A stretch of DNA of 64,000 bases, taken from positions 2,108,001-2,172,000 of the forward strand of contig OZ218950.1 in the NCBI GenBank assembly GCA_965112735.1, given 5' to 3'. This document shows, one piece after another, positions 22,122 through 33,778 of this stretch. This stretch comes from Phaeosaccion multiseriatum. Taxonomy: Eukaryota > Protista > Ochrophyta, other classes. The notes under the pieces are model-generated. The model was not told the DNA's origin and searched no databases. It worked only from the letters and a program-made list of their open reading frames with translations. The translations under genes and the position numbers were made by a program. Each line of letters begins with the position of its first letter. The stretch's first letter is position 1.

Positions 22122-24013
22122 GCAACAGCAGTTGGTGGTACAACCAGCAGCAGCAGCAGCGGCCCCCAGATGGCAGTGTATGGCAGAGAGGGAATTCGAA
22201 TTCGTTTGTTTTTCGAGAGTTTGTGCTTGCAGAGCCCTCGTGGTTAGGGAAAATGGCGGAGGCTGCCCACCCCAGCACACTGGGCTGGGCACATGGGCAT
22301 ACATGGGTACCGACCGACCTACCCGGCTGGACAAGTTGGAGCTTCGGAAGGGCGTACGTCGTCGCCAACCATGATGATCCCATGGCGGAAACCCTCGTCG
22401 ACAAGGGTACCTGCTGTGGACGGTTGGGGCTTGGGAGGGAGAGGGGGTGCTTTGCTTTGGGAGGGCTCTGAAACGTCTCTGAAACGTCTAATCACTCGAG
22501 GACTCGAGGAGGTGTCATGAGCATGGCGTCCCTAGTGGCAGTCCCTAGTGTCAGGCTACATCCCCATGTGACCTAGTTTGGGTCTGTGGTTGGGCCCCTT
22601 TGGCCAAGTGCAGCGGCGAGAAGCGAGGCGACTGACGGACGGACTGACTGACTGGACTGAGTGACTGACTGGACTGACTGACTGACAGACGGCCGCCTTT
22701 CTCTCTCTTGGGAGGGAGGATGTGGGCCCCACTCGCGGTCGCTGCGCCATCTCACTACCGATACATGGTAACCACTCACTGGGCCACTCACTGGGTTTCG
22801 GCCTACGGCCGGCCGGAGGGGCGAGCATCATCATCATATTTATAATATATTATAATTATATATATATATATATTGTATTATATATATAATATAATATATA
22901 TCATCATCACCATCATCAGTTGGGAGTGGGGCACATCCGACGCAAGGAGGGTCCACACAGACTTTACCTTACTTTGGCCACCTTGCGAAACTACCTTTCT
23001 CTTCTCTTTTCATGTGTCGAGGGGGTGTCCGCACACATACCTTGCGACAAAACCTTACTATTGTACTTTCTTGTTGGTAACTGTCGAGGGGGGGTGTTCC
23101 CCACCCAACACTCATTGAACAGCTTGGGGGGGGGGGGATCAGAGGTGCTGAAATCAAAACAAAAAATCAAAATATTGGATACATTTTTTTTTTTTAATTG
23201 GAGGAACTGGCACTGCTATATTAAAAAGCAAAAAAGAAAAAGAAAAGCATGTGTACATGAGAGGCCAAGGTGGCTTTGTCTGTCCGCAGACCCCACCGTC
23301 TGCCCGCCCCCCCACCCCTCCCCATACAAAAAAAAAAGTTAATAAAAAGGATCCCCCCCGCATAAAAGACTCGCACCAAACAACAATACAAGTACCCTCT
23401 CTGGACTCTCTGGAAACGTCGACTTTGCCCTGCGGACACATTGAAACGTCGAGTTTTCCCTGCCGACGCACTGCATCGTGGATATGGACGTCAGACGTCA
23501 CACACATCAACAGATGTGTCACCTCCCCCCTCCGTACTCACACCAACCGAACCTATCGATACCCCTTCTCCCGTCTCGCATGGACGAGATGGGAGGGAAG
23601 GATACAGATACAGACATTCGACTCCCCTCCGCTGTCCAACTCTACCGCCTCACCACCCCTCCCCTTTGCTGTGGGCACTATACACAAATGCCACTCAACA
23701 CGGGCATAGATTACAAAGCCCTCCCCCCCTCCCCCCCCACTCCCTCCCCCCTACCCCCGTTCTCCACCCCCTTCCCAAGATGACCATCCACATCCATCAT
23801 CCACCCCAGAAGGCCCATGTATCTTCTCTGAAAGAACCTTCTGGTGTGAACAATGTGTGGACGCCGACCTTCTCGGATGTGTGGACGCCGAGAGGGGGTG
23901 GCGAGGGGCGGCGGCTGTGGCGCATCCACCCAACTCTGTCGCCCAAGATGTCACTCCCCAACGATCCACACCCCCTGTATCCGCCCCAGAAGCTCACACT
24001 CACAATCTATCGG

Positions 24014-27000
24014 CTATCGGCCCCCAGGCAGGCTCCCTGCACCCTCTGCACCCACTGCACCCTCGCTTCCCTTCAAGCCGTGATACCGCAGATGAATGGT
24101 GGGGAAGGGCGTCATGCGGAAGGAGGAGGAAGCGGCGGAGCTCTTGTCCTCAGGAGGCCCTGCAAGGCCCAGGGGGTGGAAGACTTCGATGCTCACGTCG
24201 TCGGACATGGGGAGTTGTTGCAGCGTTCTGGGGGAGGGAAGGAGGGGAGGGGAGGGAGGGGAGGGGAGGGAAGGAGGGGAGGGGAGGGAGGGAGGGGAGA
24301 GAGAGAGGGAGGGAGGGAGGGAGGGAGGGAGGGAGGGAGAGAGAGAGGGAGACTGTGAGGAGGGGAGCTGGCTTCGCTTCGCAACGCATAAAATAAGGGC
24401 GCTGCTTTTATCAACATTACTGGTACCTACAAACACACACACACATATATATACACATACACATACACACACAAACAAATACACCCGCCAACCACACACA
24501 CACACAAACCAACCACACACACACGCACACACCTGCGCAGAGTGTCTCCGAAGCGCTGAAACGCCTTGGCATCAGTCATACAGAAGTCCGGCGTAACGAG
24601 AAGGGTGCTGTGGCAAGGCAAGTGGTCCGTCATGCTGCTGTCGCTCTCGTCAAAGGGCACGGCACAGCCCTGCTCAACGGCCCGATTGACGAGGTCGGCC
24701 GTGGCCTCCCACACGTCTGCATACACCTTCTCTGCCTCGGCGGCGCGTACGATGGAGAACTCTCCCACCATGCCCATCATTCGCACCATGGCACCTGTTT
24801 CGGGGGGGTGTAGCAGTATGTCAATGGATGGGTGTAGTATGTCAATGGATGGGTGGGGGGCGAGAAGAGAAGAATGCACGTGGAAGAATGAGTAGCGAGA
24901 GAAAGCGAGACAAAGAGAAGAAGAGTTAGAACGACAAGAGAGAAGGACAGATTAAAAAAAAGCAGAGACAAGAGACAAGAGGCAAGCGCCGCACACACGC
25001 ACCTGCAGCGGTGGGATTGCGCTTCTCCTCCGCCTCCTGCTGCGCCTCCTCCAGAGTCTGCTTGAGCCATTTCTGAGTCATGGCCAAGATCTCGTACGAG
25101 CTGTCGGGCACTGCTTGAGTCAGGGCCCTCGCTGCTTGGCTCTGGGCCTTCGCACTCTTCCGAGAGGAAGGCTTGTTGGAGCCAGCTCCGGCTCTCGTTC
25201 CAGCAGTTGGTGATACCGCAGCGCCAGGAGCGATCCCCTCCGGGCCGCTGCGGAGTGTGGCTTTGTTCATTGTCGGCGTCGGGTCAAGGTAGACGGGCTG
25301 TTGCGTTCATTCACACACACACATGCCCGCATATATATACGTATGTACATACAAGGGGGGGGGTGAGTTAAAAGAAATCAAAAGCGCAGCAGCACAGCAG
25401 TTCCTTCCACATCAAAATGACACAATCGAATCGGAATTGCCGGTCATGAGTCAGGGTTCTGTCTCCCCGAAGAAGTGACGCCTCACTCACTCCTTCCTCC
25501 TTCCGTCCGTCCGTCTCTCACCTGTTTCAAGCTCAAGCTCGCCTCGAGTATGCTCCGTGCGGCCACCATCCACGCCTCGTCCTCGGCTGCCTCCTGTGTA
25601 TTAGGGGGGGGAGGACGGGTTTCCGAGAGGAGGGGTTTAGCAATGTGCAGGCCATTAGAAGGGGAGAGAGAGGGGCGAGAGAGAGAGAGAGAGAGAGAGA
25701 ACAAAGTAGGACTCTCCGAAATCTTGTCCACTCGCTGCCCCTTCCCCTTGTGGGTGTTCTCCCTTCCTTCGATCCATCCCTCCCTCCATCCCTTCTTCCC
25801 TCCCTCCCGCTCCTCCCTCGTCACCTCACCTCTACTGTCGGCTCATACTTGCCGCTGACCTGACTCCTCCCCTCTCGAAACATCGGCGGCGTCGGAAGGA
25901 GAGGCGCTCGTAGCCTCTGCTCCTCCCTCCTCTCACGCCTCCTCTCCTCCTTCCTACGCCGCCTCGCCACTACCCCTTCCCTCCGTGGCTGGGAAGACGC
26001 CTTGGTCCCACCCTCCTCCTTCCTCCCTCGCCGCCGGTTCACCCTCTCCTCCCTCCCTCCTCCTCCTCCTCCTCCTCCCCCTGATCCTCCTACTCCTCCT
26101 TCCCGATGGCCCCTCACGCGCTGCCCCGGCCCCCCACCCCCGCCGCCAGCCCGCTGCCCGCCCACTCGGCCTCGCCATTGTTGCTCCTCTGCCTCTGTGC
26201 ATGTGTCTGTGTCCTGGTAGAGGCAGCTGAGGCTGAAGGACGGATACGGAGAGTTCCTCTGTCTTGTCATTTCACTCGCAAGCATAATGTCTTCCATAGG
26301 CGGCAGGGTGAAGGCCTTTTTTTTTTTTTTTTAGCAATGATGCAGCGCGTGGGTGAACATTCGTTCATTCGTTCGTTCCGTTTTGTTGGTTTGTGTATGG
26401 GGGGGAAGAGGCAGGCAAGGGAGGGAAGGAGGGAGGAAGGGAGACGGAGGGTGCCCAATCCGCCGAAGAGCAAAACAAAACACGAAGAGGGTATACATAG
26501 GACGGTGTGAGGGAGGGTGTGAGGGAGGGTGTGAGCTACAAGAACAAACAGAGAAGCGATGCTCACTTGCTTAGCTCAAAAGCCCCCCCCCCCCCCCCTT
26601 GTCCCGCTCTGTCTCTCGGCTGGTCGGTAGATCGGTCGCTCCATTCCTCCTCCTCCTCCTCCTCCTCCTCCTCCTCCTCATCCTCCTCCTCCTCATCCTC
26701 CTCCTTTCTCCTTCCCCCCTCCACCCCCCTTGTCTTCCCTCCCCCCGCCGCCGCCGTCCCTCTTGCCCTCTCTCCCTCTCCTTCTCTCTCTCTCTCTCTC
26801 CCTCCCTCTTACCGGATGAAAGTGTCTCATTGTGATGGCCCTGTCTCCCGCCCCCCCCAGGTGGGAGCATCCCCCGTCCCTGGCGCACTGCAGGAGAATG
26901 TCGTTCAAAGCATTGAACACATCGAACTTCTCCAATGCCTAAGGAAGGGTTTACAAATGGCATACACACGTTTGGACGTACACACAGGTGGTTCACAGGC

Positions 27001-27668
27001 GAGGGCAGGGGGTAGTGCGGCGAGACGGGGGACACGCAGACGCATCGAAAAAGAGAGATGGAGCAAGGAAGGAAGGAAGGAAGGAAGGGACGGAAGGAGG
27101 GAGGGAATCTCTGAGTACTTGTAGAAACATGCGTGCGTGTGTGTGAGTGTGTACGATATGTGCTCCTGCATACCGCAGCCCCTCCCCCCCTTCCAAGAAA
27201 AGCCCAACCCAAGGGGCGCTTACTGCTTTACTTACGGAGCAGTAGGGGGCGACGAACAGGGACAGGGCTCGGAACGGACCGTTGCTCTGGCCTGAGTGAG
27301 CGTCGAGGGGGGGCGGGGGGGGGTGGCGAAAGTGAGATTGAGGGGATGAGTCTCGCCTAAGAGACAGCAGAGAGTGAGGGTGAGGAGACACATTCAAGCG
27401 CCTACATACTCATGTCGCCTCAGGGGCCTTTAGAACGAAGTCCTTCCTGTTTTTCTTTTCCTTTTTCTTTTCTCTATTCTTTCATCACAGCAACCAAGGG
27501 AAGGGAAGGTCGAAGGATTTACATCACTTTTTTCTTACCTTCTCGTGCTCTCCTCTCCGGCAGCTCCATACACCTGCTGACCTCCCTCCAAAAATCCTCC
27601 ATAACCTCTGGGATGGTTGTGCCCCAGGACAGGGTGTACTGTGGCGACTTCGTACAGAGACACACAGC

Positions 27669-27700
<32 letters not shown>

Positions 27701-28250
27701 CGACGAGTGGGGAGAGAGAGTATGAGATCCATAGGCCGAGGAGGAGGGTGAAAAAGGAGGGGGGAGGAGCGGGAAATTGAAGAGGTTGATTTACAACACT
27801 CGAAACAAGGAAGAGTCATTTTCAATTCCCTTTAAAACATGATACGCACCTGGGCACTCTTGCTCGAGTAATCATGAGACACCTCGTACATCCATTGGTC
27901 CATCTGTCAAGAGAGGGAATGCGATTTGATGAAGAGGGGGAGGAAGGACGGGAGTTAGTTGACGAGGGGTCGATTCCTTCAAAGTGCTTCTCCCGTTCAC
28001 TCACCTCACTAATGATGACAGCAGAGTCGGACGATGAGCCCGGAAGAGACTGGGCCATCAAGCTGCTGTCTGGTCGCGGGCGCGGCCTCTTGTGGAGTGA
28101 GGAAGAAAAGGAGGTTGAAGGTGGCGCCAGGAACGAAGAGCACCGTTTAAATTGAGGGAAGCACAGCATCGCAAGCAAGACAGCCCCTTGGTGTCCAGCC
28201 ATACGAAGACGAGTCCTAACCCGTTTCCGTCGGTGTTGATGATGCGCCAT
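24014..28250 (-). CDS. Plastid-targeted protein with two DUF1415-like domains
   Basis: About nine in-frame GT-AG exons. Presequence ...CSS-FLAPP. Domain 1: EDFWREV, LSLFVAPYC, FDVFNALND, MRHFHP, RNSPYPSFSL. Domain 2: ADVWEAT, STLLVTPDF, FQRFGDTL, IEVFHP, RMTPFPTIHLR. Confidence 0.65.
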
Positions 28251-28411
28251 TTTCGTAAAACGATCTCTGCCTCTCCTTTTCAAAGAAAAGCAGCCGCTGG
28301 GAATATATTTAGTAAGTCATCAATCGCCATATGTACATTTGGCTGAATCACCAACACGGGAAGTGTATTCGATTTGGATTTCGGATTTCAGATTTCAGCC
28401 CTCCACAGAGA

Positions 28412-29786
28412 ATGGCGTGGTGGTGGAGAAAGTCAGGGTCCGGTAAGCGCGGAGGAGGCGCAGGAGTTCTCTCTCCTTCGAGCGGCAGCGGAGGGGGGGG
28501 AGGAGGAGTGAGCGAAAAGTTTGTGAGCTTTTACAGGGGATTGCCTCAGAGCAAGGACAGTGCGGTGCGCTTCTTCAAGAGAGGTCAGTCAACCCTTGTC
28601 CTTTTTAACGAGAAGTGTTACCCTCCCCGTCTTCAATTGTCTCAATATAATTCACTCTTACTTTCGCTCCTCCAACCCCCCCCCCCCACCAAAATTTTAG
28701 CGAGGGACTACACGTACTACACAGTCCATGGACAGGTGGGAACTGGGACCCTGCCAACTCGCCTGAAGTACACCTCCCTGCTCTTGTTTAGTTGGGTGCA
28801 TCACTGCATCCGCCCCCCTCGTCCTCCGCTTCAAACCCCAGCTTGCTGTTCCCCCCTTTCCTCCCATTGCTTTGTCTCCATCTCTCCCCTCTGGCCCCTG
28901 CTGCATCCCATCTCTCTCGACCCTCTCTCTGTGTCCATCTCTCGCCCCACCATCTCTCTCTTTCTCTCACCTCTGTCTCTCTCTCCACACCTCCCTGCTC
29001 TCTCTCTCTCGTCCCTCTCTTCTCCCTCTCTCTCCTCTCTCTCCTGGTGGAGCAGGATGCCCTCCAAATAGCCAAAGACGCGTACAAGAGCACCAGTGTG
29101 GTGCAGACCACGGTCAGTATATGGATAAGGCAATGAATGCAATCCCGCATGGAATGAAATGGAGTAGCCCTGAACCTCGCGCTCACTGACGAACCGAACC
29201 ACCCCTAGCTGACGTCCTTCCTTGCCTCCTCGCTGACTCTGCCCGTCGCTGTGGCTGTGGCTGTGGCTGTGCCCCCCCCGCCTGCCCTGCCGTGCTCTGT
29301 TATTCTCTGCACGGTGCTGCTTTGCTCTGTACTTCGCCTTTCCCGTCGTACCCGCCTTGCCCACAGGCTGGGCTGGCCACACTCAACGTCTCCGTGAAGC
29401 TCTTCTCCAGCCTCGTGGTGTCCCTCTTGGGACAGAACAGACGCATAGAAATCTGGTAAGTGAAAGCGGAAAGGGGCACACTTTGTTCCATAAGACGATA
29501 GAACCACGACAAGACTTGCGACAAGAACAACCAATCATGAGCAGCGGCAACAGTAGCAGCGACAGCAGCAGCGACGGCAGCCGCAAGGGTCCGGAAAAGG
29601 AAGGACTATCGGCTTTATGAGGCCATGTACTGCCATCTACTGCCCTCTCTCCCTACTCACTCCCGCCCTCCCTCCCGTGACCCACTCCCTCCACCCCTCC
29701 ACCCCTGCCCTTCTTTCTTCTTCCCCCCATCCCTTCCTCTTCCCTGCCTCCTTTCCGTGAACATACGCACACACACGCACACACTT

Positions 29787-29821
<35 letters not shown>

Positions 29822-30323
29822 GAGCAGCAGAACAACACGTGGAGCATTCACAAGGAGGCATCTCCCGGCAACGTGGACGCTCTCCTCGGTAGCGATGTGC
29901 CCACAGACAGGCAGTCAGCAGAGATTCTGGAGGAGCTCAGCGCAGGGGCAATCATCATGGCGGTGCATCGCACAGCCAGGTGGGTACTTGGGTGGGTGGG
30001 TAGTAAGTCAATGGGTCAGTGGATGCAGTATGTCAATGGGTGGGGGGCTGGGTGGGGTAGGTGTGGTGGGTGGGAGGTACGAGGGTTTCTGCTGCTCTTG
30101 TCCTACGGCGGGTGGTCGCTGCTCGGCGCAGCAAGGCAAGGGAAGGGGAAGTTGATTGGCAAGTCATGGAGACAAAGGGAAGGGGAAGTTGATTGGCAAG
30201 TCATGGAGACAAAGGATGGGGCGGGGGTTGGTGCATCAAAAATACACACAGAGGGGGCAAGAGCGAGAGAGAGGGAGAGAGGGAGAGAGAGAGAGAGACA
30301 AAGAGAGAGGGGGAGAGAGAGAC

Positions 30324-30369
<46 letters not shown>

Positions 30370-32786
30370 AGCGAGAGAGAGACAGGCGGAGCGAAATGTG
30401 TGGGAGGTGAGAGGCAAGGTACGCGAAGGTCCCTCTTCTCTCTCTCGACCCTGTTCTCTCCCCTCATGCCGTGTATGGTTGGGTTTCTTTCTGTGTGTCC
30501 TCTTGTTCCTCCTCCTCCTCCTCCTCTTCCTCCTCCTCCTCCTCCTCCTCCTCCTCCTCCTCCTCCTCCTCCTCCTCCTCCTCCTCCTCCTCCTCCTCCT
30601 CCTCCTCCTCCTCCTCCTCCTCCTTCTCCTCCTCCTCTTCCTCCTCCTCCTCCTCCTCCTCCTCCTCCCTCCCTCCCACTCCTTCCTCCTTTTCCTCCTC
30701 CTCCTCCTCCTCCTCCTCCTCCTCCTCCTCCTCCTCCTCCTCCTCCTCCTTCTCCTTTTCCTCCTCCTCCTCCTCCTCCTCCTCCTCCTCCTCCTCCCAC
30801 TCATTCCTCCTCCTACTCATTCCTCCTCCTCTTCTTCTTCCTCCTCCTCCTCCTCCTCCTCTTCCTCCTCCTCCTCCTCCTCCTCCTCCTCCCTCCCACT
30901 CCTTCCTCCTCCTCTTCCTCCTTTAACCCCCACCCCCTCCCACCCGTCCTCCTCCCTCTCCCTCCCCCTCCCCACCAGGGGAGCTGTGGGAGTCGCCTTC
31001 CTGAACCTCACCTTCAAATCCATTGGGGTCCTCGAGTGGGGCAACGATGACACTAGCGCCGGTGGAGGCGGTGGCAGTAGTGGTGGTGGTGGTGGCTACA
31101 GCAAGGGGGGAGCCGGAGCCGGACTCGGCGGCGGTGGTGCGGGTTTGGGGATGGGCAAGCAGCAGCTGGCGGCGGTGGCGGTGCAGGCTGGTGCAAGGGA
31201 AGCCCTGGTGGAGGAGAGCGAACAAGAGGCCGTGGCCACACTGGAGGACGGGTGTGGATTACTCGTGCATCGCAAGAAGAAGGCGGATTTCCGCGTTACC
31301 AACAGAGACGAAGCTGTCGCGGAGGTGGCACGCTTACTTGCTTTGGAGGAGGAGGTCGGGGGGGGCACAGGCGAAGAGGAAGGAGGAGGGGGAGAGGGAG
31401 GAGGAGGAGGAGGAGGAGGAGGAGGAGGAGGAGGAGGCGTGGGGGTGTCGGCGGATGTGCTGTACGACATGCCTGTGGCGCTGAGTGCTCTGATGAGCAT
31501 TGTTAGGCACTTGGGCCTCTCGCACGACGCTGACAAGAAAGAGACCTTCCACTTGCGTGTCGAGGTGTGCTCGGAGCTCATGGTAAGAAGGGGGGAGGGA
31601 GGGAGGGAGGGAGGGAGGGAGGATGAGAGAGGGAGGGAGGGAGGGAGGGAGGGAGGGAGGGAGGGAGGGAGGGAGGGAGGGAGGGAAGGAGGGAGGGAGG
31701 AAGAGAGAGGGAGGGAGGGAGAGAGGGAGGGAGGGAGGGAGGAAGGAAGAGAGGGAGGGAGGGAGGGAGGGAGGGACGGAGGGAGGGAGGGACGGACGGA
31801 GGGAGGGACGGATGAACGGACGGACGGACGCAGAGAGGTTTTGATGTCGTCAGTGTCAGTGGGCGATTTCTCGCGTGTCACTCGCTGTGCACTTGACGTA
31901 CGATGATGTCTTGAATTTCACCCCCCCCCCCCCCCCCGAGATCCGACCTTCTTGTTTAGTTGCACCCCAATCCCTGGCCGTCTTCTATGCTGGTCTAGTG
32001 TCTAGCATCTCCTTCTATGGGGAACGTTCTGGTGGAGCACCTCCTTCTATACGGAACACTCATGTGTGTTTGTGCTTGTGCTTCTCGTTCGTGACGTCTC
32101 TTCCTTCCCTGTTCCTATCATCTCCCTGCATCCTCCCTCCCTCCCTCCCTCTCTTCCGCCTGCCCAAACCACAGTCTTACGATGCGACAGTTTCATCCGC
32201 TCTCACCGTCTTCCCTGATCGCCGGCGCCTCCACATGATGATGGCACCAGATGGAGGAGGGGGAGGAGGAGGTCACGGCGGATTGGCACTGAGCTCTGAG
32301 GCAGACGTAGCCGCGAGTGGGGGAAGGGGGAGAGTAGCAGCAGGAGGAGGAGGAGGAGGAGAAGGAGCAGGGGTGGATCTGAGTCTGTTTGGGCTCCTCA
32401 ACAGAACGCGGACCCTCATGGGCGCACGCCTGCTCAAGGATTGGCTGCAGCACCCCCTCTTGAGCGTTGACGCAATTGAGGGTCGTTTGGATATGGTCGA
32501 GTGTCTGTCCAGCGGAGGAGGAGGGGGAGGAGGGGGCGCGGCGTTGGTGGACACGCTTAGGCAGAGTACGAGTGCATTGAAGGGTATGCCCGATTTGGGC
32601 AGGGCGCTACAAAAGTTTACAGCCAAGCCGTTACGGCCCTCGCTGGAGGTGATGCTGACGGTGTACAAGAGTTTGGTACGTATGACCGGGATTGAAGCCG
32701 CGCTCACGGCCGAGTTTGGCGATGGAGAGGATGATGAAGATGGAGAAGACGAAGGAGAAGGAGGAGGAGCAGGGGGGACAGCAGGG

Positions 32787-32823
<37 letters not shown>

Positions 32824-33743
32824 GAGGAGGAGGAGGAGCAGTGGGGACGGAGTCGGAGCGAGAAAAGGAACGAGGGGCGGAGGCCGGGGCGTTGGCAATA
32901 ATGAAGAACATCGCCAAGCCCTTGCGACAAGTAGTGCGCTCTCTGGACAAGTTCGGGGCCTTGGTGGAGAAGTTGGTGGACCAGGAAATGCTCACAAATA
33001 GCAAAGGCAAGACGGTGAGGGTCAAGGCCTCTTTCCACAGGGAGCTTCAGACTTTGCTGGATGAACTTGAGGAGGTCAATGAGAGCATGAAGCAGCTCAG
33101 GCAGCAGGTGGCCAAGACGTGTGGTGAGTCGGGAAGAGAGGGAGAGAGGGGGAGCGGGAGTGGCGGGGGCGGGCGGGAAGGAGAGGGGTGGAGAGGGAGA
33201 GGGAGAGGGAGAGGGAGAGGGAGAAGGAGGGGAAGAGGGCGAGGGAGAGGGAGGGAAGAGAGAGAGGGAGAGAAGAGGGAGAGGGAGGGCGAAAGATACA
33301 CAGAGAGAGTGAGAGGGAGCGGAGTGGAATGGAGTGGAGTGCCGATTGAGTGGTTGGAGCGAGGCGGTGAGGTTGTATGGAACGAACCCACCCCTGCATC
33401 TCATCTTCTCATCTCTCGTCTCCTTTGCTATCCATCTGTCTGTCTCTCTGTCTGTCTCTCTGTCTGTCTGTCTATCTGTCTGTCTGTCTGTCTATCTGTC
33501 TGTCTATCTGCCTCTCTCTCTGTCTGTCTGTGGTGCGCCAGGACTGGAGAGCGCTCAAGTGAAGCTAGAGCAGAACGCTGTTCATGGAATTCATCTTCGG
33601 GTACGTAATAGTTGGGCTAGGGGTACGTAAGACTTGGGCTAAGGGTAGTAGGAAGTGTAGGGCTGAAGGGCATCTAAAGAAGGGGGGGGCTTTGAATCGG
33701 TACGTATCATTATGTATTCATTCACTGTGTGTGAAGAATGATA

Positions 33744-33778
<35 letters not shown>

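Noticed and set aside
22370-22472. Possible box C/D snoRNA (ATGATGA...CTGA)
   Set aside because: No recognisable rRNA guide, internal boxes or terminal stem.
29873-33608. 677-aa and 577-aa ORFs as stand-alone genes
   Set aside because: They are MSH2 exons read through stop-free repetitive introns.
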